Part shown: positions 13,788-27,300 of the stretch, piece by piece
How the letters are laid out: every line of letters starts with the position of its first letter
Position numbering within the stretch: the first letter of the stretch is position 1
Assembly: GCF_004010195.1 (NCBI RefSeq)
Contig: NC_057749.1
Span: 16,943,750 to 17,007,749, forward strand
From: Chiloscyllium plagiosum
Taxonomy: Eukaryota
Direction: 5' to 3'
Length of the DNA: 64,000 bases
Program-made: the position numbers and the translations under genes
Notes under the pieces: model-generated
The model's database searches: none
What the model was told of the DNA's origin: nothing
The model's input: the letters and a program-made list of their open reading frames with translations, nothing else

Positions 13788-14034
13788 TGTGCTTCTTAGA
13801 GTTGAAACTTTATTGCTGGAACAGCACAGCAGGTCAGGCAGCATCCAGGGAACAGGAGATTCGACGTTTCGGGCACAGGCCCTTCTTCAGGATTCCTGAA
13901 GAAGGGCCTGTGCCCGAAACGTCGAATCTCCTGTTCCCTGGATGCTGCCTGACCTGCTGTGCTGTTCCAGCAATAAAGTTTCAACTTTGATCTCCAGCAT
14001 CTGCAGACCTCACTTTCTCCTGTGCTTCTTAGAG
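13788..14034. mobile_element. Penelope-derived palindromic element, perfect inverted repeat 13800-13986, 14 bp TSD
   Basis: TSD TGTGCTTCTTAGAG at 13788 and 14021; the same peptide appears on both strands in the ORF track. Confidence 0.9.
13890..13929 (+). ncRNA. Minimal type I hammerhead ribozyme motif (mirror copy on the minus strand ~13857-13896)
   Basis: GGAUUC-CUGAAGA-A-GGGC/CUGU/GCCC-GAAA-C-GUC-GAAUCU; helix I GGAUUC:GAAUCU. Confidence 0.75.
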
Positions 14035-14739
14035 GGCAAGGTGAGGGAAATCACTGGAATTCAATCGGGAGCGGGACACTGGCTGAATGTTCTTAATCCT
14101 GTCATAATTTGAAACACAACTATGAGATTTTGTACAAACATTTTCTGCTGGAAGAATAACAACAGTTTCTTCAATCTCTCCAGATCAACAAAATTCCTCA
14201 TTTCTGGTACCATCCAGGCAAACCTCCACTGTATTCCCCCCAAGCCCCGAAATCTTTCTGCTCGATATATGCTCCTGAAAAGCACCATGGGATTCTTTAT
14301 TCCAGTGAAATTACTACAATAAGTAATTCTTGCAGCTGCTGCTCAGAATTGATCAAAATACTTCAACCAAGAGCTGACCAGTCATTTCAAAGCATCACCT
14401 GCTTGGATTTCTCAGCTCAATGACTTGTATTATAAAGTAAGGATCCTTGAGTTTATCAGAAACTACAGCCATGTGACTGGACACCTTCAAAGTTTGTGCA
14501 TGTGAATCCCCGGGTGTATCTGTCCCTGCAGTCCCTTTGAAGTGATACCATTTAGTTTGCTAGGAAGGAAGTGGCATAGTGACCATGTTGTTGGATTAGC
14601 AATGCAGGGGCAGAGGCTAACGTTCTCAGGATGCAAGTTGAAATCCTACTGCAGTGGCTGGTGGAATTTAAATGTACTAAACAGAGATGGAATACAAAGC
14701 TTGTCGGCAATGATGATCATAACACAAATCATGGATTAT

Positions 14740-15805
14740 TGGGGTGCATTGAGCTGGATAGAAAACTGTCTGGTAGACAGGAATTAAATAGTCAGAATAG
14801 ACAAGTTTATTTCTGAACGGCAGGCAGTTACTAGTGGGGAACCGCAGGGATTAGTGCTTGGATTCCGAGCCAGTCACAATATATGTTAATGATTTAGATG
14901 AGGGAATTAAATATAATAATCGCCAAATTTGCAGATGACACAAAGCTGGCTGGGAGGGTGAGTTGTGAGGAGGATGCAGACATGCATCAGTGTGATTTGG
15001 ACGACTTGTTTGAATCAGCAAATGTTAACAGATCTGGATAAATGTGAGGTTATCCACGTTGGTAGCAAAAACAGGAAGGCAGGTTATCCTGGCTGTAAAT
15101 TGAGAGTGGAATGCACAATGAGACCTGGGTGTTCTTGTACACCAACTGCTAAATGTAAGCTTGTAGGTGGAACAGGCAGTCGAGCAGGCAAACTGCATGT
15201 TGGTCTTCATAGTGAGATGATTCAAGTAGGGGAAAAACAATGCCTTCCTGCAATGCCTCCTTGGAGAGACCACACCTGGAATATTGTGTGCAGTTTGGTC
15301 TCTTTATTGAAGGAAGAATGTTCTTGTTACAGAGGGAATGCAGCAACGATTTACCTGACTGAATCCTGGGATGGTGGGACTGATATCGGAGGAGAAATTA
15401 AATCAGTTAGGCTGACGTTTACTGGAGTTCAGTGGAATGAGGGTGGAATCTCACAGAAACCAATAAAATTCTAACAGGACCAGACAGTATAGATACAGGA
15501 AGGATGTTTCTGATGGATAAGCAGAAAATAAGCAGGGACCAGATGTCTAAGGATACAAGGTAGAACATGTAGGACTGAGATGAAGACATGTTTCTTCACC
15601 CAAAAAGTGGTGAGCCTGTGGATTTCACTGCTGAAGAAAGCAGTCAAGGCCAAAATACTGTATGATTTCAAGGAGTTAGATATAGCAAAAGGGATCAAAA
15701 AGCATGGGTAAAGCAGGAACAGGTTATTGAGATGGATGATTTGTTGTGATCATAATGAGTGGTGAAACAAGCTCCAATAGACTGCTCCTATTTTCCATGT
15801 TTCTA
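14740..15805 (+). mobile_element. Decayed CR1 LINE 3' part
   Basis: KFADDTKL, DKCEVIH and RPHLEYCVQ remnants. Confidence 0.85.
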
Positions 15806-16999
15806 CTGCCTCTTCACATCTTTCCTTCAAAATGCACTACTTTCAGCTTTCCACATACAATTTAATCCACCAGCTCACTTTCCATTCACTCACCAATCAG
15901 CATCCTCCTAAGTCTGTATAACTCATCCTCAGTTTTCTACCTTTACTGGTTTAATATAATCTCTAAACTGTGGCAATTTTCCCCCTACAGATAAACCAAG
16001 AACTTTTTTTTAAATCAAAAAACACTGATATGCTATGTAATCTAGATATTTGCAATCACAGTCCAGAAAAAATTTCAATCTCACAATGGACACACAGGAG
16101 GCAAACTTGCTAACATAAAGATGCTGTTTTGTGTTCACGTATTTGTTTGTATGTGTCTGACAATTCTTTACAGGTGCAGGTAAAAGCAAAAACCAAACCT
16201 GATCTCGTGAAAAGATTGAACAAATTAAAATGGAGACAGGTGTTTTTGTTTTGATGTGGGGTATGACCTTTTGCACACTGGTAACCTGCTAAAGACATTT
16301 TGCCTTTGAGCTCATCACGTTGGGGGAGCCCTCCCTTTTCTCAGTTACTCACTGCCATTCGGACATGTCGCCTAACATTCTGAAAACAATAAATTACTTC
16401 AATGGATCAGAACGTAAAGGAAAGATTACTTGAGGTTTGATGCAGCCCTGTGTTCATGTCTCACCAGTCAATATAGTGTAAGTGAAGTCACCCCCGCAGG
16501 GCTGCTGCACTGTCAGAGATGTTTCCCTGGGCCTGTTAGCCCACCTCCCACCCCACCACAGGTCTGTCACTGCTGCCATCTAAAGTACGTTCCATCAAGC
16601 CCTTGTTTCGCCAGCTTCCTAAACAATAGGGCTGTCACTGATTCAGAGTCTTAGACTGCCTCACTTGCATGTTTCTGGGTCTTCAGACATAATTAGGAAT
16701 TGCATGGCATGATTTTTTATTCATTAGATTACAAAGGTCTAACTCGGCATTCCTGGATGTGGCTCAGTCGGGGAACTCTTGCATCACAGCCAATGGGTGG
16801 TGGGTTCCACACCCTACGTCACGGCTGGAGCAGAAAATCAACTTCAAACCCATGCTTTTGCAAAGAAGCTCAGTAGAGAGACATTGTGGTTTTTGGTGAG
16901 GTTCATTTTGAGCTCAGTGAAGCAGGACTCTGCTCTGTAGTTGTCCCAAGAGTGCACACTGAGACAAATATCAACTGCACCTGAAGGATCATCAACTTT

Positions 17000-18651
17000 T
17001 CTTGGTTAAGAAAAAGAAGGAAGCATATATCAGGTATAGACAAAATAGATCAAATGAATCCAGAGAAGAATATAAAGGCAGTAGGAGTATACTTAAGAGG
17101 GAAATCAGGAGGGCAAAACGGGGACATGAGATAGCTTTGGCAAATAGGGTTAAGGACACTAGGGAGAGGATAGGGCCCCTCAAAGGTCAGCAAGGCAGCC
17201 TTTGTGTGGAGCCACAGGAGATGGAGGAAATACTAAACGAATATTTTGCATCAGTATTTACTGTGGAAAAGGACATGGGAGGTATAGAAGGTAGGGAAAT
17301 AGATTGTGACATCTTGAAAAATGTCCATATTAGAGAGAAAGAAGTGCTAGATGTCTTGAAACACATAAAAATGGCTAAATCCCCAGGACCTGATCAGGTG
17401 TACTGGAGAACTCTGTGGGAAGCTACGGAAGTGATTGCTGGGCCTCTTGCTGAGATATTTGTATCATCGATAGTCACAGGTGAGGTGCCGGAAAACTGGA
17501 GGTTGGCAAACATGGTGCCACTGATTAAGAAGGGTGGTAAGGACAAACCAGGGAACTATAGACCAGTGAGCCTGACCTCGGTGGTGGGCAAGTTGTTGGA
17601 GGAAATGCTGAGAGACAGGATTTATATGTATTTGGAAAGGCAAGGACTGATTAGGGATAGTCAACATGGATTTGTGCATGGGAAATCATGTCTCACAAAC
17701 TTGATTGAGTTTTTTGAAGAAGTAGCAAAGAGGATTGATGAGGGCAGAGCAATAGATGTGATCTATATGGACTTCAGTAAGGTGTTCGACAAGGTTCACC
17801 ATGGGAGACAGGTGAGCAAGATTAGATCTCATGGAATACAGGGGGAACTAGCCATTTGGATACATAACTGGCTCAAAGGTAGAAGACAGAGGGTGTGGTN
17901 NNNNNNNNNNNNNNNNNNNNNNNNNNNNNNNNNNNNNNNNNNNNNNNNNNNNNNNNNNNNNNNNNNNNNNNNNNNNNNNNNNNNNNNNNNNNNNNNNNNN
18001 NNNNNNNNNNNNNNNNNNNNNNNNNNNNNNNNNNNNNNNNNNNNNNNNNNNNNNNNNNNNNNNNNNNTGGGAGGTCATGTTGCGGCTGTACAGGACATTG
18101 GTTAGGCCACTATTGGAATATTGCGTGCAATTCTGGTCTCCTTCCTATCGGAAAGGTGCTGTGAAACTTGAAAGGGTTCAGAAAAGATTTACAAGGATGT
18201 TGCCAGGGTTGGAGGATCTGAGCTATAGGGAGAGGCTGAACAGGCTGGGGCTGTTTTCCCTGGAGTGTCAGAAGCTAAGGGTTGATCTTATAGAGGTTTA
18301 TAAAATCATAAGGGGAATGGATAGGGTAAATAGATAAAGTCTTTTCTCTGGGGTGTGGGAGTCCAGAACCAGAGGGCATAGGGTGAGAGGGTAAAGATAT
18401 AAAAGAGACCCAAGGGGCAACGTTTTCACGCAGAGGGTGGTACGTTTATGGAATGAGCTGCCAGAGGTAGTGGTGGAGGCTGGTACAATTGCAACATTTA
18501 AAAGGCATCTGGATAGATACATAAATAGGAAGGGTTTGGAGGGACATGGGCCAGGTGCTGGCAGGTGGGACTAGATTGGGTTGGGATATCTGGTCGACAT
18601 GGACGGGTTGGACTGAAGGGTCTGTTTCCATGATGTACATCTCTACGACTC
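17000..18651 (+). mobile_element. Relatively young CR1 LINE with long open RT frame; assembly gap at 17900-18067
   Basis: ORF 17002-17899 with PGNYRPVSLTS, SQHGF, DVIYMDFSK; intact 3' tail. Confidence 0.95.
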
Positions 18652-19270
18652 TAAAACTTGGTGAATGGCCCCCTTTGATCTGCCTGAAGCTCACTACTTT
18701 TGCAGAGCAAAGAGTTGTCCTCAGAATAGGACATTCCAAAGTTCCAGGACTAAAATCCTGAGGATTGAGACAGCTGCTGAAGAGGCATAATGAGCAAAAG
18801 TTACTCAGATCCCATCAGACATGGTATACCAAGGAGCTCGAAAACAGAGTACCTGTCGACAATGAACCCATTCTAAAGAACATGCATTGTGAAAATCAAG
18901 AGTATTGAAAATGTACTGAGGTATCTCAGAGTGAAATGAGGTATAACAGAGAAATGTTTATTCAGTTCTGGGAATTCTGATTTGAAATCTTTTGCCCTTG
19001 GGTTGTACACTGGAAGTGGGATATGCATTGCAAATGTAATGGATACTGAATGAGTGGATCATGACGTAGATTGTATCCAGCATGAGTTAAATTCTACTGC
19101 AAATTTTTAAGTTGAAAAATTTTACAATATAACTTTATTTTACAAATTTTTTGAATAAAAAAAAAGTGTATTTTGGAAACAAAAACTCTGACATTCCAAT
19201 GACGTACTGAGGGAATGGAGCACCAACAGGAGTGCCTACTTTTTGATCACACATTAAATCCGAGCTGACT

Positions 19271-20010
19271 TCTGGCACCTTTCCCTACCACCACAAGTGC
19301 AAACCCTGTGCCCACACCTCCCCCCTCGCCTCTGTCCAAGGCCCCAAAGAATCTTTCCACATCCTACAGAAATTTACCTGTACGTTTATGCTATCTACTG
19401 TATCGTTGCACTCAATGTGGTTTCTTGTACACCGGGGAGACAGGATGCCTCCTTGAGGATCCTTTCAGAGAACATCTCTGAGACACCTGCACCCAACCCC
19501 ACCGCACCGTGGCTGAACACTTCAACTCTCCCTCCCACTCCACCAAAGGACATGCAGGTCCTGGGCCTCCTCCATCGCCAAATCCTTACCACCTGACGCC
19601 TAGAAGAAGAACGCCTCATCTTCTGCTGTGGGACCCTGCAACCACACAGGATTGATGTGGATTTCACCAGTTCCCTCATTTCCCCTCCCCCCAACTTATC
19701 TCAGTCCCAAACCTCCAACTCAGCACCGCCCCCTTGACCTTCTTCCTTCTTCCATCGTCCTTCTTTCCCACCCGTCCGCTCCACCCTCCACTCCGGAATA
19801 TGACTTCCACCCACACCTTCACCTACCTATCACATTCCCAGCTACGTTCCCCCCCAGCCCCCCGCTCCGCTCCCATTTATCTCTCAGCCTCCTTGGCCCA
19901 CAAGCCTCATTCCTGACGAAGGGCTTATGCCCAAAACATCGATTCTCCTGCTCCTCGGATGCTGCCTGACCTGCTGTGCTTTTCCAGCACCACATTCTCA
20001 ACTCTGACTC
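19271..20010 (+). mobile_element. Penelope-like element 3' fragment (GIY-YIG C-terminus and pLTR with mutated hammerhead), inserted into a Deu-domain SINE
   Basis: IYCI...CTQCGFLYTGET and RLEEERLIF..GTLQP remnants; CTGACGAAGGGCTTATGCCCAAAAC at ~19913. Confidence 0.85.
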
Positions 20011-21639
20011 CTCTCTCGGCCAATACGTATCCAATGATCAACATTCGTAAAACAGATTACATAGTCATGATCTCATTGTTACTCGTCTTCTTGTGTACAA
20101 ATTGTGGATGCTGCATTTGCTGCATAAAATAATGACTTCATTTTTGAAAGAGCGCTACAGGCCACATAGCACTTTCGAATAAGACAAAGTTGTGAAAAGT
20201 GGTGTATAAAGAATTTTCTGTTGCTTTCTAAATGAAACGCATGGTAATCGACAATAGAACACAATAAATTGCAGCAATTTTTGCTTAATGAAAACAAAAG
20301 TTGAATATACTAGAGGTCTTTTAGGAAAAAGTTAAGTATATATTCAAAGGTCTGGAACGAGCCAGTTCTAATAAAGAACCCATGCCAGATATTTAAATTG
20401 GTCTTTGCTCTCTCTGGTGTTCAGATTTCCAGCTTGTTGTAACTTTTCTGTCTATTTAACCAGATTTAATAAAAAAAGAGAAAGGTATTTTTGACTCTAC
20501 CAAAGTAAAGTTGAGAGCGATTTTGGAAAAGTTTTGGAAGCAAACAACCGTTAACATAAAACTGCATGGCCAGCTATGAATCCCCCCTTGCTCTTTGCTG
20601 AACAGGAGAAAGTCACCTCGTTTAAGACGAACAGCATCAGCCTGTTTAAAGGCGGTGTGGATACTGGGCTGCACAGAAAGAAAAGGAAAGAACCTGTTGT
20701 CTGTGTCGATATCAACCGCTGCTGCAGGTGAGAGTGTCAGGGCAGGACCAGGAGAGGTAAAATAATTCAAGGTCCTGATGCCTGTCTAGTGAATTCTGCC
20801 TTGTCTGAGTGTGCCCGCTAATGTTAGGATCAGAACTGCAATGTTCCCACAGTCAAACAATCTTCAAACACAGGTATATTGCAAAAGGAAAGTCAACTGA
20901 GATACTATACCAGACATTACTACCCATGCGTGGTTCTATAATTCAGTAAGCCTTTAGCTGAGGTGAGAAACTTTATTTGTGATCCTCCCCAGCTTCAAGT
21001 TTTTGTTTTAAGGAATTAACCTATATTATTACAAACTAAATGTTGAAACAATGCTTCCATTTCTGATCATGAACTCCAAGTTAATTTACTATTTTATAAC
21101 AAGCATAGAATTATAGTTACAAGGCTGGTGCAATACCACTCGAAGTGCTGGCGTTTAAAATAAGGCTCATAGTGTGATCCGTTATTTAACTCATCACACT
21201 CATCACATTAAACATTTGTTGAGTCAGGTTAATTTAAAGTCAGACTTCCCCTTCACTCCACAAGCATGAGTTTTCCATTAACATAACAAGGTGTAAAATA
21301 ATGTCTTGCTGTTGCCGTACGTGCCACACACATGCAAGGTCACTTTCAGCAAACACCACTGGCTTTCACGATTGACATCAGCATCCCCGTCCAACCCAGA
21401 CAGGTGGACTGAAAGGCTCCTTTGTCCAATGACTGTAAGGGGCCCAAACAAAATGAATTTGGGTGGTAGCATGTTGCACCTCCTGATCAACAAGCAAATG
21501 TCTCAGAGGTCAGAGTGTGACCTTTGTGGTTCACGGAATAATATCACAACATGGATAGGAACAGCTGCTGAGCTTGTAGAACAGACACTTATCTTGAGAC
21601 AGTAGTTGCAGCGATGAGGGATTAGTGGCATGGAAAAGC

Positions 21640-22865
21640 TGGGGTGGTTCTCTTGAGTACAGTGGAAGCCAAGAAGAGGTTTGATCGAGGTATTCATAAT
21701 GGTAGAAGTTTAAACAGAGTAAATGAAGAGTACTTACTTCCAGTATGACGTGTCAGAAACTACAGGATGCAGGTTTGAGATGAGTCGTAAAAGAACCAAA
21801 AGTAACACAAGGGAATATTTTTGGTATTACAATAATCAAGAATGCACTACTTGATAGGGTACTGGAAACCAATCCAATAATAGCCTTCAGAAAGGAACCT
21901 GATGGATACTAACATGTTGTCGGGATGTGGGGAAAGAGTGGAGGTGAGTGGGGCTGCCTGGATTACAAAGGAGCCAGTACAGATTCAAGGATCTGGTGTA
22001 ATACTGTATATACAGATTGTTGGGATGAAAATATAGGTGCCTGGGTAGTAAGTTTGTAGATGACACGAACACTGGTAGAGTTATGGATAATGAGGAAGGT
22101 TATCAAGGATACAGCAGGACATACATCAATTGGAAGGCTGGGCAGAGAAATGGCAGATAGATATTAATCCAGACAAGTGTGAACTGATACATTTTGGGAG
22201 ATCAAAATGCAAGAGGAAAGTATATAGAAAATGGCATGACCCTTAGGAGCATTATTACAAGTCCATTCATCCCTGACAGTGGCAATGTAAGTGGAAAAGG
22301 TGGTAAAGAAGGTGTATGGCATTCTTTCCTTCATCAGCTGGGGCAATGAGTCGGCAAGCTGCATAGAACTTTACTTCGTAAAGTTGGAGTATTGTGTGTA
22401 ATTCTGCTTGCCCCATTCCAGGAAGGAAATGGAGGCTTTGGAGAGGGTGCAGAAGAGGGTTACCAGGATGCTGCTGGGATTGGAGTGTATTCGCTATAAG
22501 GAGATGTTGGACAAACTTGGATTGTCCAACTAGAGCATTGGAGGCTGAGGGGATGACGTGCTAGAAATATCTAAGGTTATGAGAGACCTGGATGGGTGGA
22601 TAATTGGATCCTTTTTCCCAGGGTGCAAATGGAAAATACAGTAATTTTTTTTGTATACAGAGCCTGGATCACACTGCTAGGGGAGATGATAGAAGCAAAT
22701 ACGACAGCAACTTTAAGAGTATTTAGACTGACACATGAACAGGCAGGAAATAGAGGGATCTGGACCATTTGCAGGTAGATCAATATTAGTTTAGAATGGC
22801 ATCATGGTCTGCATATACATTGCAGGCCGAAGGGCCTGTTCCTGTGCCGCAATGTTGTATGTTTT
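21640..22865 (+). mobile_element. Two adjacent decayed CR1 3' fragments
   Basis: KFVDDT and LEYCV remnants, GGCCGAAGGGCCTGTTCC tail. Confidence 0.75.
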
Positions 22866-22900
22866 AATGACTGAATGACCGCTGCCTGTTTTGAATTCTT

Positions 22901-23088
22901 CTATGATTACCTATCACATTTCCGATGCCTCTCCCCCAAGTCCCTCCTCCCTACCTTTTATCTTAGCCTGCTGGACAAACTTTCCTCATTCCTGAAGAAG
23001 GGCTTATGCCCGAAACGTCGATTCTCCTGTTCCCTGGATGCTGCCTGACCTGCTGCGCTTTTCCAGCAACACATTTTCAGCTATGATT
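22901..23088 (+). mobile_element. Solo Penelope terminal repeat with intact hammerhead core (22992-23019)
   Basis: CTGAAGA-A-GGGC/TTAT/GCCC-GAAACGTC; direct repeat CTATGATT at 22901 and 23081. Confidence 0.85.
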
Positions 23089-23218
23089 CTAACAACCCAG
23101 ATAATACGTAGTATTGTTGCAAACTGCCTTTCTTGAATTATTTTCATACATCTCAACAGACAGAACTCTCCATCGCCAGAAATGAATGCAAGGGTCAATC
23201 TAAATACAGTGGAACAGC

Positions 23219-23477
23219 AAGAAAATTAAAGGAAAAGAGAAAATGCTGGAAAATCTCAGCAGATCTGGCAGCATCTGTAAGGAGAGAAAAGAGCTGACGC
23301 TTCGAGTCTAACTGACCCTTTGTCAAAGCTTTGACAAAGGGTCAGTTAGACTCGAAACGTCAGCTGTTTTCTCTTCCTACAGATGCTGCCATACCTGCTG
23401 AGATTTTCCAGCATTTTCTCTTTTGGTTTCAGATTCGAGCATCCGCAGTAATTTGCTTTTATTAAGAAAATGAAAGG
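23219..23477. mobile_element. Penelope-derived palindrome (third family), degenerate core TTGACAA-AGGGTC...GACTC-GAAACGTC; older relatives at ~2062-2275, 23565-23740, 28603-28830, 33662-33945, 34653-34842, 46305-46470
   Basis: Near-perfect inverted repeat centred on AAAGCTTT (23328/9); 13/14 TSD AAGAAAATKAAAGG. Confidence 0.85.
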
Positions 23478-24069
23478 CCTCAAAACAATTCTTCATTGAA
23501 TTGCCAACACTGATATTCTCTATGCTAACAACAGGTTTTACTGCTTTGAGACGAGAACTATGAGAAGCTGAAACACAAACAGCAATTGCTCGAGCAGCTC
23601 AGCAAATCTGGCAGTATCTGTGGAGAGAAAGCAGAGTTGATGTTTCTGAAGAAGAGTCACCAGACTTGAAATATTAACTCTGCTTTCTCTCCAAAGATGC
23701 TGCCAAGCCTGCTGAGTTTCACCAGTGGCTGCTAATTCCTGTCAAAAACACAGCTGGAAGTTTCATGCCATGGGGCCACTCTACCAACATGCCATGTCAA
23801 TGTGGCTCAGTTGTTGCCACTATGACCACAGAGTCTCCAGATTGTGAGGTCAAGCTACACTCCAAGATCTGAGCATGTAATGCTGGTTGGCACTGCCTCA
23901 GACAGTGTGGGTCAGATGTTCCCACAGCACCCAAGTGTTCTGGCAAATGTATCTCACAGCCCCACCATGACCAAAAACAGAAAATCTAACCTGTCACCTC
24001 AATGCTGCACACAGGTAAGGAATAAACCAAAGAAGGACCAAACAAAAATTGCAGTGTAACTGTATTTAC

Positions 24070-24309
24070 CACAATCTGCTATGGGGGGAAAGTGAGGTCT
24101 GCAGATGCTGGAGATCAGAGCTGAAAATGTGTTGCTGGAAAAGCGCAGCAGGTCAGGCAGCATCCAGGGAACAGGAGAATCGACGTTTCGGGCATAAGCC
24201 CTTCCTGAAGAAGGGCTTATGCCCGAAACGTCGATTCTCCTGCTCCTTGGATGCTGCCTGACCTGCTGCGCTTTTCCAGCAACACATTTTCAGCTCACAA
24301 TCTGCTGTG
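24070..24309. mobile_element. Penelope-derived palindrome, intact hammerhead core on + (24205-24232)
   Basis: 13/14 TSD CACAATCTGCTRTG. Confidence 0.88.
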
Positions 24310-27300
24310 TCAGTGAACACAAAGAGGCCTTAAGAATTTAAGAGTCTTGCAACTATTGAAACAGTACAGAGAGAGGCAACGCTTCACATGACTACAGGTT
24401 TATTACATAATGATACAGTCGAAACATGACAACACAAAGCTACCTACATGTTGGGCCTGTGCTGGTTCATCTCATTACAAAACCTTGTGAAATAGTACAC
24501 AGCAGAAATTTGCTCACGTTTCTGTGGTTGGTTGGGAAGAATTGCATGAAACCCTAAGTGTTCTGAGAAAAGCACTGAATTCATAACTCTTGACAGGGGG
24601 TGTAACTGGAGAATTCACCAATCTGAACAAAGCAGGTGTCTGACACAAACATGCATGTCCAGTGAGCCAGTTCCACTCCATTATATGGGAATGCTGAATT
24701 TCGAATAAATTAATTTGGTACATTATTCAATGTTCAGAACAACAGAATCCCTGTAACCAAGAAAACCAAAGTGATTTTTTCCGATTCTTTTCTGTGACTC
24801 AACAACAACTGGCATTTATTTTGCATCTTCAATCAAGTAAAACATCTCATGGTGCTTCGTAGGATTGATTATTAGACAAAAATATTGAAAATGACTAATG
24901 GTCGACACATCAGAACAGGTAACGGGTAACCAGCAACTTGGTGAAAGAACATGCTGAAATGAGAAGAGTTGAAGAGGTTTCAGGAAGGTTCCAGAAGTAG
25001 GAAGGACCATGTTCAGTAAAGGGACAACAAAAACTGGTAAGCAGAAGAGGTCAAGACTGAAAGAATGCAGAGAGTTGGAGGACTTGAGGTTATGGTGATG
25101 GGGAGGGTTAAGGCCCACAGAAGGTTCTGAAAACAAGGATGAGAATTTTAAAAAGAAGCTTTAAATGAACCATATGTCTGAATACAGAGAAAGAGAGAGA
25201 TGGGTGAAGGATCAACTGACATGTGCAAGTTAGGATAGAGGCAGGAAAGGTTCAGATAAGCCCAGGTTTACAGGGGGAGGCTAGCCAGTAGAGTGTTGGC
25301 ACAGCCACGCTCAAAAGGTGTCATCAGTGAGGTCTTGCCAAGATGCCATATTCACCATCGGTACGGCCCTTTAAAACAAGTTCAAGTGTGTAACTTGTTT
25401 TGAAAGACCTGGGTAAGCACTGTATAAACACACAACGTTCCAGCAAAATCCAAACAGTAAGTGCCTAAGTTCAGAACTACGCATCTGGAAGCAGTGAGAC
25501 TAATAAGCAAAGGGTGTTCAAGGCGAAGCTAACCGGAATTGACAAAAAGGCTTGGTCATCGACATGGAACACAAACGCAGAATAAAACTTTCCTATGACT
25601 CATGTTAGAAGGTTCAGAGATTGATACTGTTTCAAACAATAAAATGCAGCACAAATAATCGTCTTCGGAATCCAGACCAAACGCAGCGAGAGTGAAAAGC
25701 AGAGGCAATTGCCCTATAGAGACTTCCCCAACCGTCCAGTCTGGAAATTCACTGCTCCTATGGTTTTAAAATCAATCATTGTCTTTGGGAATATCCTCAG
25801 CCCTATGCAGCAAGTTACAGCTCCGAATTGTTAAGCTGCCACTTCTACAGCACTGTGCTGTCGGCAAATGACAGATGCAATGCCCCCTGCAGCCAAATGA
25901 CACAAAGTCAACGTGGCACAAATGGTGCAGAACTGCCTGAAGAAACTGGGGTGTGAAGATCCCAGAGAGAAGACAATTCTTAAATGTTTAAATTCTTCAG
26001 CACTTCCTGTTTTTGTTTTAGATTTCCAGCATTCACAGTATTCTGCTTTTAGTTTTTAAGGTTACTTGATGTCCTACCCTTACAACATAAGCAAGCCAGA
26101 GGTGCAGACCTTCCTTCACATTGTGGCCCATTGGCAAATCAGCTCCAAAGCCATCAATTCAAATATTTCAGCTTTTTGGGCCATTAGCTACAGAAAAGTA
26201 AGCTCATGTTTCACAGAGGCTAAAGCAGAATGGAATGGACCCAGGCCAAGCACTCAGAACCATCTCAACTGTGGGATACACATGTGGACAAATTCATTCA
26301 ACAAGGCAGTGTCTCAAAGCTGGTAATTATCTTCAACTGTTATCCAGATTTGACTAAAAGGATTACATTATAGATAAGTAGATTTCTTCGTGTAACATAC
26401 AATAAATTGAATTGGCAGGGCTTGAAGTACAAGTTTCTCAGGTGTAGACAGTTGAACCAGATGGTACTGCTGAAATGGTAAAGGTTCACTCAAGCACAAG
26501 GGAAAACAAGGTGTAGCCACATTTACAAAGGGACTTAATGCCCTATGAAGGCCGAAAAAAATCTGAGCCTGTCACAAACCGCTGAGATAAAATATATCAG
26601 TAAATTCAGTAATATGACTGCTGACTATTTCTGAGAATCTATTCATTGTAGAAAATGTCACACTTGACACCCGTTTTCTGCCCATCGTACTTCCTGACTG
26701 ACACTCTGAAAGGAAAGTACAAAGAAACTCAAAATTACTTTGCTGACCTTTTTTAAAAAGCAAACTCTGCTTATTTAACAGTAATTAAACTTTTTGGCAT
26801 AAGGAAGCAATTTAAATGTGAGGTTTGCTCTAATAAGAATCCTAGTTATATGCAACCAACTCAAAAAATATCAGCAAGTAATTTAGTGCTGGATGTATCC
26901 AACCTGGAGACTGAAACCTCCTCAATCTACGGAGTTCTCTGACTAAATAGTGATTAAACTCTGGTGTTTGTTTACTTAATTATTCAACTTTATGACCTTA
27001 CAAGGGACAACGTTGCACCATAACAGGATGCATATGCATGCATTACATTACATTACATAATATTCTTCCATAAGTTTTCTATCAGCATAAGCATCTGATT
27101 TACTAGAAGCAAATGCGGTCATTTCATGCCCAGTGTCAATGAAAAAGAGGCTTTCATCTGTCTTTCAATACTAATTAGATAGCTTTTGCAAGAGTTAGTC
27201 CAGAGTGAAAGGGTCAAATTGCCTCGGTGTGTGCTGTACTGACCTGAGATTCTATGAAAATACAGGAACTAGAAAGAAATGGTAAATTTCCTTGATTTGG

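Noticed and set aside
13788..14034. DNA-transposon MITE interpretation of the palindromes
   Set aside because: Variable 12-15 bp TSDs, a one-sided tail and sequence continuity with GIY-YIG fragments point to a Penelope retro-origin.
19061..22560. TGACG half-CRE sites suggesting CRTC autoregulation
   Set aside because: Scattered 5-mers, several inside repeats, no full TGACGTCA seen; compatible with chance.
24049..24261. Recurrent peptide CCWKSAAGQAASREQENRRFGH as a gene family
   Set aside because: Incidental translation of the Penelope palindromes; no splice structure.
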